Virus record (IMG/VR): IMGVR_UViG_3300021339_000003
Location: 1 to 44,326 of that record
Strand: one strand, 5' to 3'
Source of the DNA: a virus
DNA length: 44,326 bases
Position 1 is the first letter of the stretch, and each line of letters starts with the position of its first letter. Shown here one piece after another: positions 16,873-24,131 of the stretch. Position numbers and translations under genes: made by a program. The notes under the pieces were generated by a model that was not told where the DNA came from, made no database searches, and saw nothing but the letters and a program-made list of their open reading frames with translations.

Positions 16873-17627
16873 AGCGTTTACTTTTTCAGGTACTCATCGG
16901 CGAGCGTCGCCCGCTGTGGGAGAAATGCGTCCGCTCTGCGGCGGCATACGCCGCCCGCATTGGCTGCGTTCATCAGGTGCAACTTGAAATGGTTCTAAAG
17001 GTGATGCCGAAAAAGTCTCAACGTAGCGAAGGAGCTGTGCGCTTGGGAGGGCTCCCGAATCTGGAGAAGCTGAACGGCCTCTCTTACCTCCATGAATTCG
17101 AGCAGATCGCGCTCATCGACTCGGATGTCTACATCACGGACAGCGCGCCGAACATTTTCGATTGCGTACCGACTGACTGCGACGTTGCTGGCGTGACAGA
17201 GCGGGCGCTCCCCATCTCACCGCTCTACGCCCGCAAGCTCGATCGCTACGAGCAGATGCAATTTGCTCCCGTCAACGGTGTCGGGTTGCCGTTTTTGCAG
17301 TGCGGCGTGATGGTCTACAACCGGAGCTTTCAGCGGTTCATGCCTGACGGACCAAAGGCCTTTTGGGAGCAGCCTTCATTGGAGCGGTTCATCAACGGCG
17401 AAGGCGGATGGCGCTGGCAGAGTGAACAATGTACTTTGTCTTGGTTCCTTCGCGCGAACAGCGTGAACGTGGCTGCACTCCCCATTCAGTTTAACTGGTT
17501 GTATGGAGCGTTGCAGCCCGGGCGGATGCACGAGGGTTGGTTCCACCACCTGTTTTTGTCGGAGCACTTAAAGGGCGACGACCCGGCCGAGATGATCCGA
17601 ACGGGCACAGCCCGTCCACGGCTGTGA
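16869..17627 (+). CDS. DxD glycosyltransferase (GT-A fold, GT8/GT32-like), paralog 1
   Basis: GTG 16869 overlaps the upstream TGA (GTGA). The N-terminus VKRLLFQ aligns with paralogs 2 and 3. Motifs IALIDSDVYI (DxD), CGVMVYN, EQCTLSWFL and FHHLF. An alternative ATG at 16827 would overlap the upstream gene by 46 nt. Confidence 0.65.
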   Translation: MKRLLFQVLIGERRPLWEKCVRSAAAYAARIGCVHQVQLEMVLKVMPKKSQRSEGAVRLGGLPNLEKLNGLSYLHEFEQIALIDSDVYITDSAPNIFDCVPTDCDVAGVTERALPISPLYARKLDRYEQMQFAPVNGVGLPFLQCGVMVYNRSFQRFMPDGPKAFWEQPSLERFINGEGGWRWQSEQCTLSWFLRANSVNVAALPIQFNWLYGALQPGRMHEGWFHHLFLSEHLKGDDPAEMIRTGTARPRL

Positions 17628-18271
17628 AGCGGCTGGTTCTCCAACACTGGCACGAGGCTGCGCTTCCCGAAATCGCGAAGCTCTCCACGGCAAACATGCG
17701 TTGGCACGCCGCGCAGATGGGGGCCGACTATCGCCTGCTTTCAGGAAACGTCTTTGAGCCCCGCCTATCGCCGTGGTCTCAAAAGCTCGTGATGCTGCTC
17801 CCCGAGTGGGACGAGTACGAGACCGTGGTAATGGTGGACGTGGATCAATTCGCCGTGAACGGATTGAAAGAAGACATCTTCGCGGAGACCGGCTACGGCT
17901 GGCACCACGCGACCGCGCAGGCACGCGTACGTCGCAACCTGAAGGCACTGACGAGCGATAGCGCCCCTTTCTGGGGCGGTGCGGTCTATCGCCTTCCGCT
18001 CCCCCTGCGCGTGAAGCTGCGCAACGCCTACAGTTACGAAGAAGCGCGGCCCTTCGATACGATGGCCAACGGCGTTGACGAAGGCGTGATGCACAGGCTC
18101 GCCATCCTCGCCCAGATTCCCACCGAGGGCGCTTACCTCAATTTCAAATGGTGCTGGCCGAGCTACGAAGAGGATTTTTCAAAGGCGTGTTTCGTCCACG
18201 TGCGTAACCGTCCCACAGGATCAAAGTTGAAGAATTACGAAGCCCTGCGTGATGCTGGGATCATCCAATGA
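17624..18271 (+). CDS. DxD glycosyltransferase (GT-A fold), paralog 2
   Basis: GTGAAGCG start overlapping the upstream stop, the same octamer as paralog 1. VKRLVLQHW...LP......HAAQMGADYRL...YETVVMVDVDQFAVNGLKEDIF. Confidence 0.6.
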   Translation: MKRLVLQHWHEAALPEIAKLSTANMRWHAAQMGADYRLLSGNVFEPRLSPWSQKLVMLLPEWDEYETVVMVDVDQFAVNGLKEDIFAETGYGWHHATAQARVRRNLKALTSDSAPFWGGAVYRLPLPLRVKLRNAYSYEEARPFDTMANGVDEGVMHRLAILAQIPTEGAYLNFKWCWPSYEEDFSKACFVHVRNRPTGSKLKNYEALRDAGIIQ

Positions 18272-18453
18272 AGACACCCGCTCTCTACGATCCCATTACG
18301 TTTTTTGCGCTGCCGGTTCACGAGAGTATGGAGCCGGAAATCGCCGTGCTTGAAGCACGCGACCAGCCCACGGGCTTCGTCGACGAGAGCGGTGACACGT
18401 GGGTTGCGGTGTTCGTGGACGGAGACCTGAAACGGCAGAAGCTCGTCGAATGA
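18268..18453 (+). CDS. hypothetical protein (61 aa)
   Basis: ATGA overlaps at both ends link it into the glycosyltransferase operon. Confidence 0.55.
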   Translation: MKTPALYDPITFFALPVHESMEPEIAVLEARDQPTGFVDESGDTWVAVFVDGDLKRQKLVE

Positions 18454-19175
18454 AAGTCTCCGTTGTCGGTCAGGACACGCTTGCAAGCGCCGTGGCTGAA
18501 TGCTGCTCGTCCCACTTCACCGTCACGCGCCTCCCGGATTCCGACACTGATGTGCTGTGGCTTTGCGAGGACACGCCCATCATGCCCGACGGCATGCCGG
18601 ACGTTGAGTCGATTGTCTCGGGCGCATGTCTGGCCATGGCTGGCGTCTCCCCCTTAACCCTCGTCGTCCTGTCCTCCCAAGTGCCTCTTGGCACCACGGC
18701 ACGGCTGGAAGCCGCGTTCCCGCAGCATCGTATTGTCTGCTGCCCCGAGAACATCCGCGTAGCGTCGGCCGTGGCCGACTTCAGGCAGCAGACCCGCATT
18801 GTCGTGGGCGTGCGTGGCGAAGCGCGCCCTGCGCTCCTCGCGGAGCTTCTGGCCCCGTTTACGTCCCTCATCATCTGGACGACGCCCGAAACGGCGGAAT
18901 TGGTGAAGCACACGCTCAACGCCTACCTCGGGCTGACGATAGCGTTCATCAACGAGATTGCCCGCATCACGGCTCCGTACCAATGCGACATGAACGCCCT
19001 CGCCCGCGCCCTGCGCACGGAAGGACGCATCAGTCCCAAGGCTCCGCTCCTTGCCGGTCCCCCTTTTGGCGGGGGTCATCTTGAACGGGACATCCGTGTG
19101 CTGACGACTCTCGCCGTGAAGCAGGGCGTTTACGTTCCCTTGGTCGCCAACATTCTCGCGAGTAACCGGGCATGA
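18450..19175 (+). CDS. UDP-glucose/GDP-mannose 6-dehydrogenase-like protein, truncated and apparently catalytically dead
   Basis: 241 aa from ATG 18450. Family blocks present: SSQVPLGTT, CPENIRVASAV, RIVVG, AELVKHTLNAYLGLTIAFINEIA, PFGGGHLERD. The Rossmann GxGxxG is degenerate (GQDTLA), the Cys nucleophile position is His, and the protein ends ~25 aa later, so it lacks the C-terminal UDP-sugar domain. Confidence 0.65.
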   Translation: MKVSVVGQDTLASAVAECCSSHFTVTRLPDSDTDVLWLCEDTPIMPDGMPDVESIVSGACLAMAGVSPLTLVVLSSQVPLGTTARLEAAFPQHRIVCCPENIRVASAVADFRQQTRIVVGVRGEARPALLAELLAPFTSLIIWTTPETAELVKHTLNAYLGLTIAFINEIARITAPYQCDMNALARALRTEGRISPKAPLLAGPPFGGGHLERDIRVLTTLAVKQGVYVPLVANILASNRA

Positions 19176-19951
19176 ACTGCATTTTTCAGTATTGGCTCTC
19201 CCGTCCCGTACTCCCCGGCGCAGAGGCTGGAGCCGCCGCCATGGCAGCCTACGCGAAGATGGTGGGAGCGGACTACCGCTTTGACCGGCACGACCCGTAC
19301 ACCAACAGGCTGGGCGTTGACGCCAGGTGGTTTGACAAGCTGCGCCCCGTCTATGACCCCACGTTCAGGCCGTACGAACGCGTGCTTGTCTGCGACGTTG
19401 ACGTGTTTCCCGTCGAGGGAATCACGGACAACATCTTCATGGAGGCCGTCGGCGACTTCGGCATGTGCGAGGAGCCGGACCAACCGTGGATAAGGGAGAA
19501 GTTTCCGTCGTCCATCTTCAGCAGCGAGAACGATAAGAAATGGGCTGCGTGGTGCGCCGCCAAATGGGGCTGCAAGATTCCGAAGGACGACAAGGGACGC
19601 GTGCGCCAATGGAACGCCGGCCTGATTCTCTTCTCTGCTGCCGGCGTGGAGAAGATGCGTTCCGTTCACCCGCAGCCAAAAGCGTACGTGGAATCAATCA
19701 AGGGCGCAGGGCTCACGGCCTCGTACGCGACCGAGCAATGTTTTCTCAACGCCCTCGCGTTCTCAGGACTACTCAACTTCACGCCGCTCTCCGTGGAGTA
19801 CAATCGGCAAGTCCACGGCCTGAAGGACGGAACGAAGTACGACAGGCGAACTGCGGACACCAAATTTGTCCACGTCCAAGAACGCGCAGCCGATCACAAC
19901 GACGCCGCGTGGCACCACCGGATCGTAAATTCGCACCGTGGTCAAAGCTGA
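19172..19951 (+). CDS. DxD glycosyltransferase (GT-A fold), paralog 3
   Basis: MNCIFQYWLSRPVLP...AAYAKMVGADYRF...YERVLVCDVDVFPVEGITDNIF...WNAGLILFS...EQCFLNAL...KFVHV. ATGA overlap upstream. Confidence 0.65.
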   Translation: MNCIFQYWLSRPVLPGAEAGAAAMAAYAKMVGADYRFDRHDPYTNRLGVDARWFDKLRPVYDPTFRPYERVLVCDVDVFPVEGITDNIFMEAVGDFGMCEEPDQPWIREKFPSSIFSSENDKKWAAWCAAKWGCKIPKDDKGRVRQWNAGLILFSAAGVEKMRSVHPQPKAYVESIKGAGLTASYATEQCFLNALAFSGLLNFTPLSVEYNRQVHGLKDGTKYDRRTADTKFVHVQERAADHNDAAWHHRIVNSHRGQS

Positions 19952-20495
19952 GATAGTTGCTGCGGATCTCGCAGAGTTTTACGTCCTTTTACGCGCCGCC
20001 CAAGAGCGCGCCCACGGTCCCGATTACTGCGCCCACCACGGATTGATAGTCGATGCTGCGAAAGAAGGCTGCGAGACGTACGTCGAGCTGGGTACTAATC
20101 AGGGCTGCACGCTCGCCTGTGCCCTTTTGGCAGGCTTTCGTTGGGCATTTGGGGTGGACATATCCCCCGGCCCATTCAGAGCCGTGGAGGCCCTATTCCA
20201 AGCCGATGCGAAGCGATGTGACCAAGTGGTCGAAGTGTTCGGGCAGGACAGCCGCAACCCGCTCGGTTTCCCCATCGACTTTCTTTTGATAGATTCGCTC
20301 CACCGTCCGGAGCATTTGCGCTCGGAGCTGAAGGTGCATGGTCCGTTTGTTCGTCAGCAAATCCTCGCCCACGACACCACCAAATATCCAGAGCTGGCCG
20401 TGGAGCTGGAGCGGTGGTCAAAGGACAATGGTTGGACTGTCGCAATTCGCGAGTCTCGCGGCCACGGGCACATGCTGTTGAAACGTCAGACATGA
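19938..20495 (+). CDS. class I SAM-dependent methyltransferase (CmcI/Methyltransf_24-like)
   Basis: ETYVELGTNQGCTLACAL (motif I) and IDFLLIDSLHRPEH. GTG start overlaps the upstream gene by 14 nt. Confidence 0.6.
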   Translation: MVKAEIVAADLAEFYVLLRAAQERAHGPDYCAHHGLIVDAAKEGCETYVELGTNQGCTLACALLAGFRWAFGVDISPGPFRAVEALFQADAKRCDQVVEVFGQDSRNPLGFPIDFLLIDSLHRPEHLRSELKVHGPFVRQQILAHDTTKYPELAVELERWSKDNGWTVAIRESRGHGHMLLKRQT

Positions 20496-21061
20496 CGCTA
20501 CAGCAGATTTTCGAGAAGCATGGCACGGACAAGGCACAGCATTTTTACCACGCCGTTTACGAGAAGCTGACGCCACCGAATAGGCTCCTTGAGGTTGGCG
20601 TTTGGAAAGGCGCTTCCCTGCGGGCGTGGTGCGAATGGTGGCCAGATGCGGAAATTACCGGCGTGGACATTGGCGCTCGGGGCATCGTGCAGCGCGTTGA
20701 CCGCGCTGTCGTCCTTCAGTGGGACTCCACCAAAGGCGGCGGTCTTCCGAGTGTAACCTTTGACCTCATCATCGACGACGCTTCCCACAGGCCCCGCGAT
20801 CAGGCGAAAACGTTTACGAATCTGTGGCCGTTGCTCACTCCGGGTGGCGTCTACTTCATCGAGGACTGTTTCCCTATAGACCTCTTCCAAGACGAGGACT
20901 TCCCCGCGTGGTTTGACGCTCGTCGCGAACACTTCAACATGGCGACGTGGCTGGACCTCGCCAACGCCATCGCCGCCTCTGGCGGCACCCTCACGCGCCA
21001 CGACTTCCGCGCCCAGAGCGGCAAGCCCGACTCCGTACTCTTGCAGATCAACAAGCCATGA
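20492..21061 (+). CDS. class I SAM-dependent methyltransferase (sugar O-methyltransferase-like)
   Basis: ATG 20492 (ATGA overlap). HGTDKAQHFYHAVYEKL...LLEVGVWKGASLRAWCEWWPDAEITGVDI...FDLIIDDASHRPRDQ...GGVYFIEDC is the pattern of methyltransferases found in polysaccharide gene clusters. Confidence 0.7.
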   Translation: MTLQQIFEKHGTDKAQHFYHAVYEKLTPPNRLLEVGVWKGASLRAWCEWWPDAEITGVDIGARGIVQRVDRAVVLQWDSTKGGGLPSVTFDLIIDDASHRPRDQAKTFTNLWPLLTPGGVYFIEDCFPIDLFQDEDFPAWFDARREHFNMATWLDLANAIAASGGTLTRHDFRAQSGKPDSVLLQINKP

Positions 21062-21774
21062 GCAGCACACAGCAGCTCGCCTTCGCCATCACGCTGCCGG
21101 AGATCCCCCGCTCCATGGACAGCTTCCAGAATCTCACGCGCTCAAGCGAAGCCGTGGGCAACCCGTTTGCCGTCCACATGTGGCACGGAACGCCCGCTCA
21201 CGAAGCCATCAAAGTGATGAAGGAGGAGCGGCTTGAATGGACGTACCCGCTCACGGGATCAAAGGTGATTGGTGGACTGACCTGCACGCCATACAGCGGC
21301 AATCATTGGGCGCGTGTCGCATGCGCTCTCAGCCATCTCCACCTCTGGAAATACTGCGCCCAATTGAATCTCCCGTTCATCGTACACGAAGATGATTCCG
21401 AGTACGTGCGCAGGTTTGATCCTGCGGAGGTGAGCGATGCTGGATTCGGTGCGGTGTCTTTGAACAACCCGCACGGAGCTACGCGTAGTGCGTCGCTCTA
21501 CCATAGGAACCTTGTGCTCGGGATAAGTCTGCCGTACTTGACTTGCGCTCCGTGTCCTTGGGTGGACGAGGACGCGAGCCAGCCACAAGGACTTCCCGGC
21601 AATTCTGCCTACTATCTGCAACCGTGGTTCGCCGCCGAGTTGATCGCGAAGGTTTGGGGGGTTGGTCTGATTCCCAACGATTCGTTGATGTGTCGCCAGT
21701 GGTTCCCGGGAAAGCTGGCTTGCCTCAGGAACTACGCGACGAAAACAAATGGACGCACTAGCTTGATCCGATAG
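21058..21774 (+). CDS. glycosyltransferase family 25-like (LOS/LPS type), copy 1
   Basis: ATG 21058 (ATGA overlap). ACALSHLHLWKYCAQLNLPFIVHEDDSEYV is the GT25 signature block. Confidence 0.55.
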   Translation: MSSTQQLAFAITLPEIPRSMDSFQNLTRSSEAVGNPFAVHMWHGTPAHEAIKVMKEERLEWTYPLTGSKVIGGLTCTPYSGNHWARVACALSHLHLWKYCAQLNLPFIVHEDDSEYVRRFDPAEVSDAGFGAVSLNNPHGATRSASLYHRNLVLGISLPYLTCAPCPWVDEDASQPQGLPGNSAYYLQPWFAAELIAKVWGVGLIPNDSLMCRQWFPGKLACLRNYATKTNGRTSLIR

Positions 21775-21780
21775 AACAGC

Positions 21781-21815
21781 AACGCCGCGTCGGGAACCAC
21801 CCCGAACACGGCGTT
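21781..21815 (+). other. stable hairpin after GT25 copy 1 (weak terminator or processing site)
   Basis: AACGCCG..TCGGG-aaccac-CCCGA..CGGCGTT gives about 13 bp with one bulge. Only TTT follows it. Confidence 0.35.
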
Positions 21816-21844
21816 TAACCACAACTAACGAGGAGGCGTCAGTC

Positions 21845-22306
21845 ATGGATGAGAAATTAAAGGAGCGTTTTTGGGCTCAGGTCAACCGCGCGGAAGAAAA
21901 GGAGTGTTGGCTCTGGAAGCGCCCACCAATGAATGTGGGTTACGGACAAATAGTCCTTCAAAATAAACCCTACTACGCGCACCGACTGGCATGGGAGCTG
22001 ACTCACGGCGCGATTCCGAGCGGTCTTTTCGTATGCCATACTTGTGACGTTCGTCTATGCTGTAATCCGCGTCATTTGTTTCTCGGTTCTCCGTTGGTTA
22101 ATTCGCGCGACGCTTTAGTGAAAGGCCGGCTCGCTTGTGGACCTGATCATCCGAACACGAAACTTGCGCCGGACGATCCAACTCGCATGCGGGCGCTCCA
22201 TGCCACTGGCTTGATTAGTCATCGCGAATTGGCGCTAGCCTTCGGGGTTTCGCGTCGGCATGTCGGGGCTATTTGCAGCAGGAAAATATGGAAGCAAGTA
22301 CCCTGA
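21845..22306 (+). CDS. HNH endonuclease (free-standing homing-endonuclease type)
   Basis: CWLWKRPPMNVGYGQIVL...YAHRLAWELTHGAIPSGLFVCHTCDVRLCCNPRHLFLGSPLVNSRD plus a C-terminal HTH-like RELALAFGVSRRHVGAI. The only gene with a strong spaced GAGGAGG (8 nt before ATG). About 48% G+C in its first 120 nt by hand count, versus about 59% in the first 120 nt of the capsid gene. Confidence 0.9.
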   Translation: MDEKLKERFWAQVNRAEEKECWLWKRPPMNVGYGQIVLQNKPYYAHRLAWELTHGAIPSGLFVCHTCDVRLCCNPRHLFLGSPLVNSRDALVKGRLACGPDHPNTKLAPDDPTRMRALHATGLISHRELALAFGVSRRHVGAICSRKIWKQVP

Positions 22307-22944
22307 TGCGTGCCCTAGTAATTACGATCATGTCCATGCCGGAATCGGTGGTAGCCGCTCAACGTTGCATCGTCTCGTGCTCCAAGTTCGGGCTGTCCGT
22401 GGAGATGTTCCCGGCGATCACGCCGGCCGACGACGTGCACTCGATGTTTCGCGCGAGAGGTTGGCCGACAGATAAGTTCACAAACAATCGCTTTAGTCGG
22501 ACGGAGCCGTGCATGGCGTGTTTTCTTTCGCATATGGCCGCCCTGCACCAATGCGCTTACAGCGGAGAAAGTCTTTGCCTGCTAGAGCATGACGCCGTGA
22601 TGGTGCGGCCGCTACCACGTTTCCCGATCGTCGGTGGTCCGATTGTGTGCAGCCTCGGAAAGCCGAGCTTTGGCACGTTCAGGACGCCGTCAGCGGGCAT
22701 TCGCCCGCTGACATCCAAAAGTTTCGTGCCGGGGGCTCACGCGGTTTACTACCGTCACAATGGCGCAGAAGCCGTCTTGGCGAAGGCGAAAGAGTGCGAG
22801 CCAACAGACGTTTTTCTGAACCTGAAACGCTTTTCGTTCATCAAAGAGCTGTACCCGTGGCCCTTTGTATGTGAGGACGAATTCTCCACGGTCCAAGGAC
22901 CTGAGGGAATCAAGGGCAAGCACCGGCCCGTCGTCATCGTTTGA
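22306..22944 (+). CDS. glycosyltransferase family 25-like, copy 2
   Basis: MRALVITIMSMPESVVAAQRCI...FGLSVEMFPAI...ACFLSHMAALHQCAYSGESLCLLEHDAVMV. ATG 22306 shares one base with the HNH stop (TGATG). Alternative ATGs exist at 22273 and 22288. Last gene of the rightward unit. Confidence 0.55.
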   Translation: MRALVITIMSMPESVVAAQRCIVSCSKFGLSVEMFPAITPADDVHSMFRARGWPTDKFTNNRFSRTEPCMACFLSHMAALHQCAYSGESLCLLEHDAVMVRPLPRFPIVGGPIVCSLGKPSFGTFRTPSAGIRPLTSKSFVPGAHAVYYRHNGAEAVLAKAKECEPTDVFLNLKRFSFIKELYPWPFVCEDEFSTVQGPEGIKGKHRPVVIV

Positions 22945-22955
22945 GCCGAACCGGA

Positions 22956-22979
22956 CGACGCAGCGAACGCTACGCGTCG
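22956..22979. terminator. hairpin at the convergent junction (possible bidirectional terminator)
   Basis: CGACGC-AGCG-aa-CGCT-a-GCGTCG sits in the 25-bp gap between the + strand stop (22944) and the - strand stop (22970). There is no U-tract. Confidence 0.35.
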
Positions 22980-23404
22980 CTGGTCTTGGTGTTCGGCATG
23001 AACTCGGCCGCGTCGATTACCTCCGCGCTGCTGACGATCTTCAGCACGCGCACCTTGTCATCGGGGTGGATCGAAAGAAACAGTGCCAGCCGCGAGCGTA
23101 TGACCTGCTTCGATATCGTGGGCTCGCCGATACCGACCCACGATGGATCAAATTCGCCATCGCTCCAAAGATGCTGCGGCTGGTAGGTGATCTTCGGCGG
23201 TGCACCGTCAGTGACTTCGCGGACTGGCGCGGGCGGGTTCGGTTGCCCGCAAAGACGGTGGTCCATATGAAAGGCGCAGTCGCAATGGGTGTAGCCGCAT
23301 TTCGGGCATTGCTCGTGAACGGACAAGGGGAGCCCGCACACGAAACACGCCGAACCAGACGCCGGAGCAGACGGCCCGGCAGCGTTTTCAGTTTTCGTTT
23401 CCAT
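22970..23404 (-). CDS. zinc-ribbon protein (144 aa), last gene of the leftward operon
   Basis: N-terminal Cys/His cluster CFVCG...CPKCGYTHCDCAFH. Its start shares one base with the upstream stop (TAATG). Confidence 0.6.
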   Translation of the reverse strand: METKTENAAGPSAPASGSACFVCGLPLSVHEQCPKCGYTHCDCAFHMDHRLCGQPNPPAPVREVTDGAPPKITYQPQHLWSDGEFDPSWVGIGEPTISKQVIRSRLALFLSIHPDDKVRVLKIVSSAEVIDAAEFMPNTKTSDA

Positions 23405-23718
23405 TAGGTTTTTGGGCCGCTGCTCACCTCAGCGTTCGGCTTCAGCCCGACGGTGGCCATGCACTCGTCGAGCCACGTGAGAGTCACGCGATAGTTGGGC
23501 GCATTTCCGTAGTCGATCACCTCGACCATATCGTCCGGTAGTTCCTCGCGACCAGTCCAGCCATACCGAGCCGTGAGGGCATCGCCATAGGCACGATCCG
23601 CTTCGTTCGCCAGTTCCGCCAATCGCTTGCGTCTTTTCGCGGCGCGGAGCAGAGCCGAACCAGCCGGTCCAGCGCAACTCCGGTGGACGCGCCCAGAATT
23701 TCGAGAAGTCTTTTTCAC
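23404..23718 (-). CDS. hypothetical protein (104 aa) with MKKTSR-type basic leader
   Basis: GTG 23718 in a GTGA overlap with the upstream stop. Its first 18 nt are 15/18 identical to the start of the upstream gene. Confidence 0.55.
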   Translation of the reverse strand: MKKTSRNSGRVHRSCAGPAGSALLRAAKRRKRLAELANEADRAYGDALTARYGWTGREELPDDMVEVIDYGNAPNYRVTLTWLDECMATVGLKPNAEVSSGPKT

Positions 23719-24131
23719 GCGTGAGCCTCCGGCCCGGAGTTGCTGACCTGAGCGTTCTGACCACAGATCGACGGCAGTCTGCGGTAGTAGTGCGGCGGGG
23801 TGCGCGGTTTGATGTCGCCGCTTAGACGCCACCCGCTCGCCGTGTACCAGCCGGTGCGCACAGTTTCGACTTTGCCGTGCACCCACCCCAGTAAGATCAA
23901 CTCGCGATCGTTCGGGATGAAGTGCTCCACCTCATACCACTGGTCATCGTAGCGTCGCGTCTGCAACTCGTTCAGCGCGGACCGGATCGCTGGCGCGTAG
24001 TCAGCCAAGCGGCAGCCGTTTTTTTCCGCCTCCGCTCGATTGAGCGCATATCGCAGCACGTGAAGAGGGTCAGAACCAGTTCGTCGAGCCAACCCGGTTG
24101 ACGCGCAGCGTTTGCGAGAGGTCTTTTTCAT
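23715..24131 (-). CDS. hypothetical protein (138 aa), DUF551-like C-terminal half
   Basis: ATG 24131 (ATGA overlap). MKKTSRKR leader. WYEVEHFIPNDRELILLGWVHG...TGWY...PPHYYRRLP resembles DUF551-type phage proteins (from memory). Confidence 0.5.
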   Translation of the reverse strand: MKKTSRKRCASTGLARRTGSDPLHVLRYALNRAEAEKNGCRLADYAPAIRSALNELQTRRYDDQWYEVEHFIPNDRELILLGWVHGKVETVRTGWYTASGWRLSGDIKPRTPPHYYRRLPSICGQNAQVSNSGPEAHA

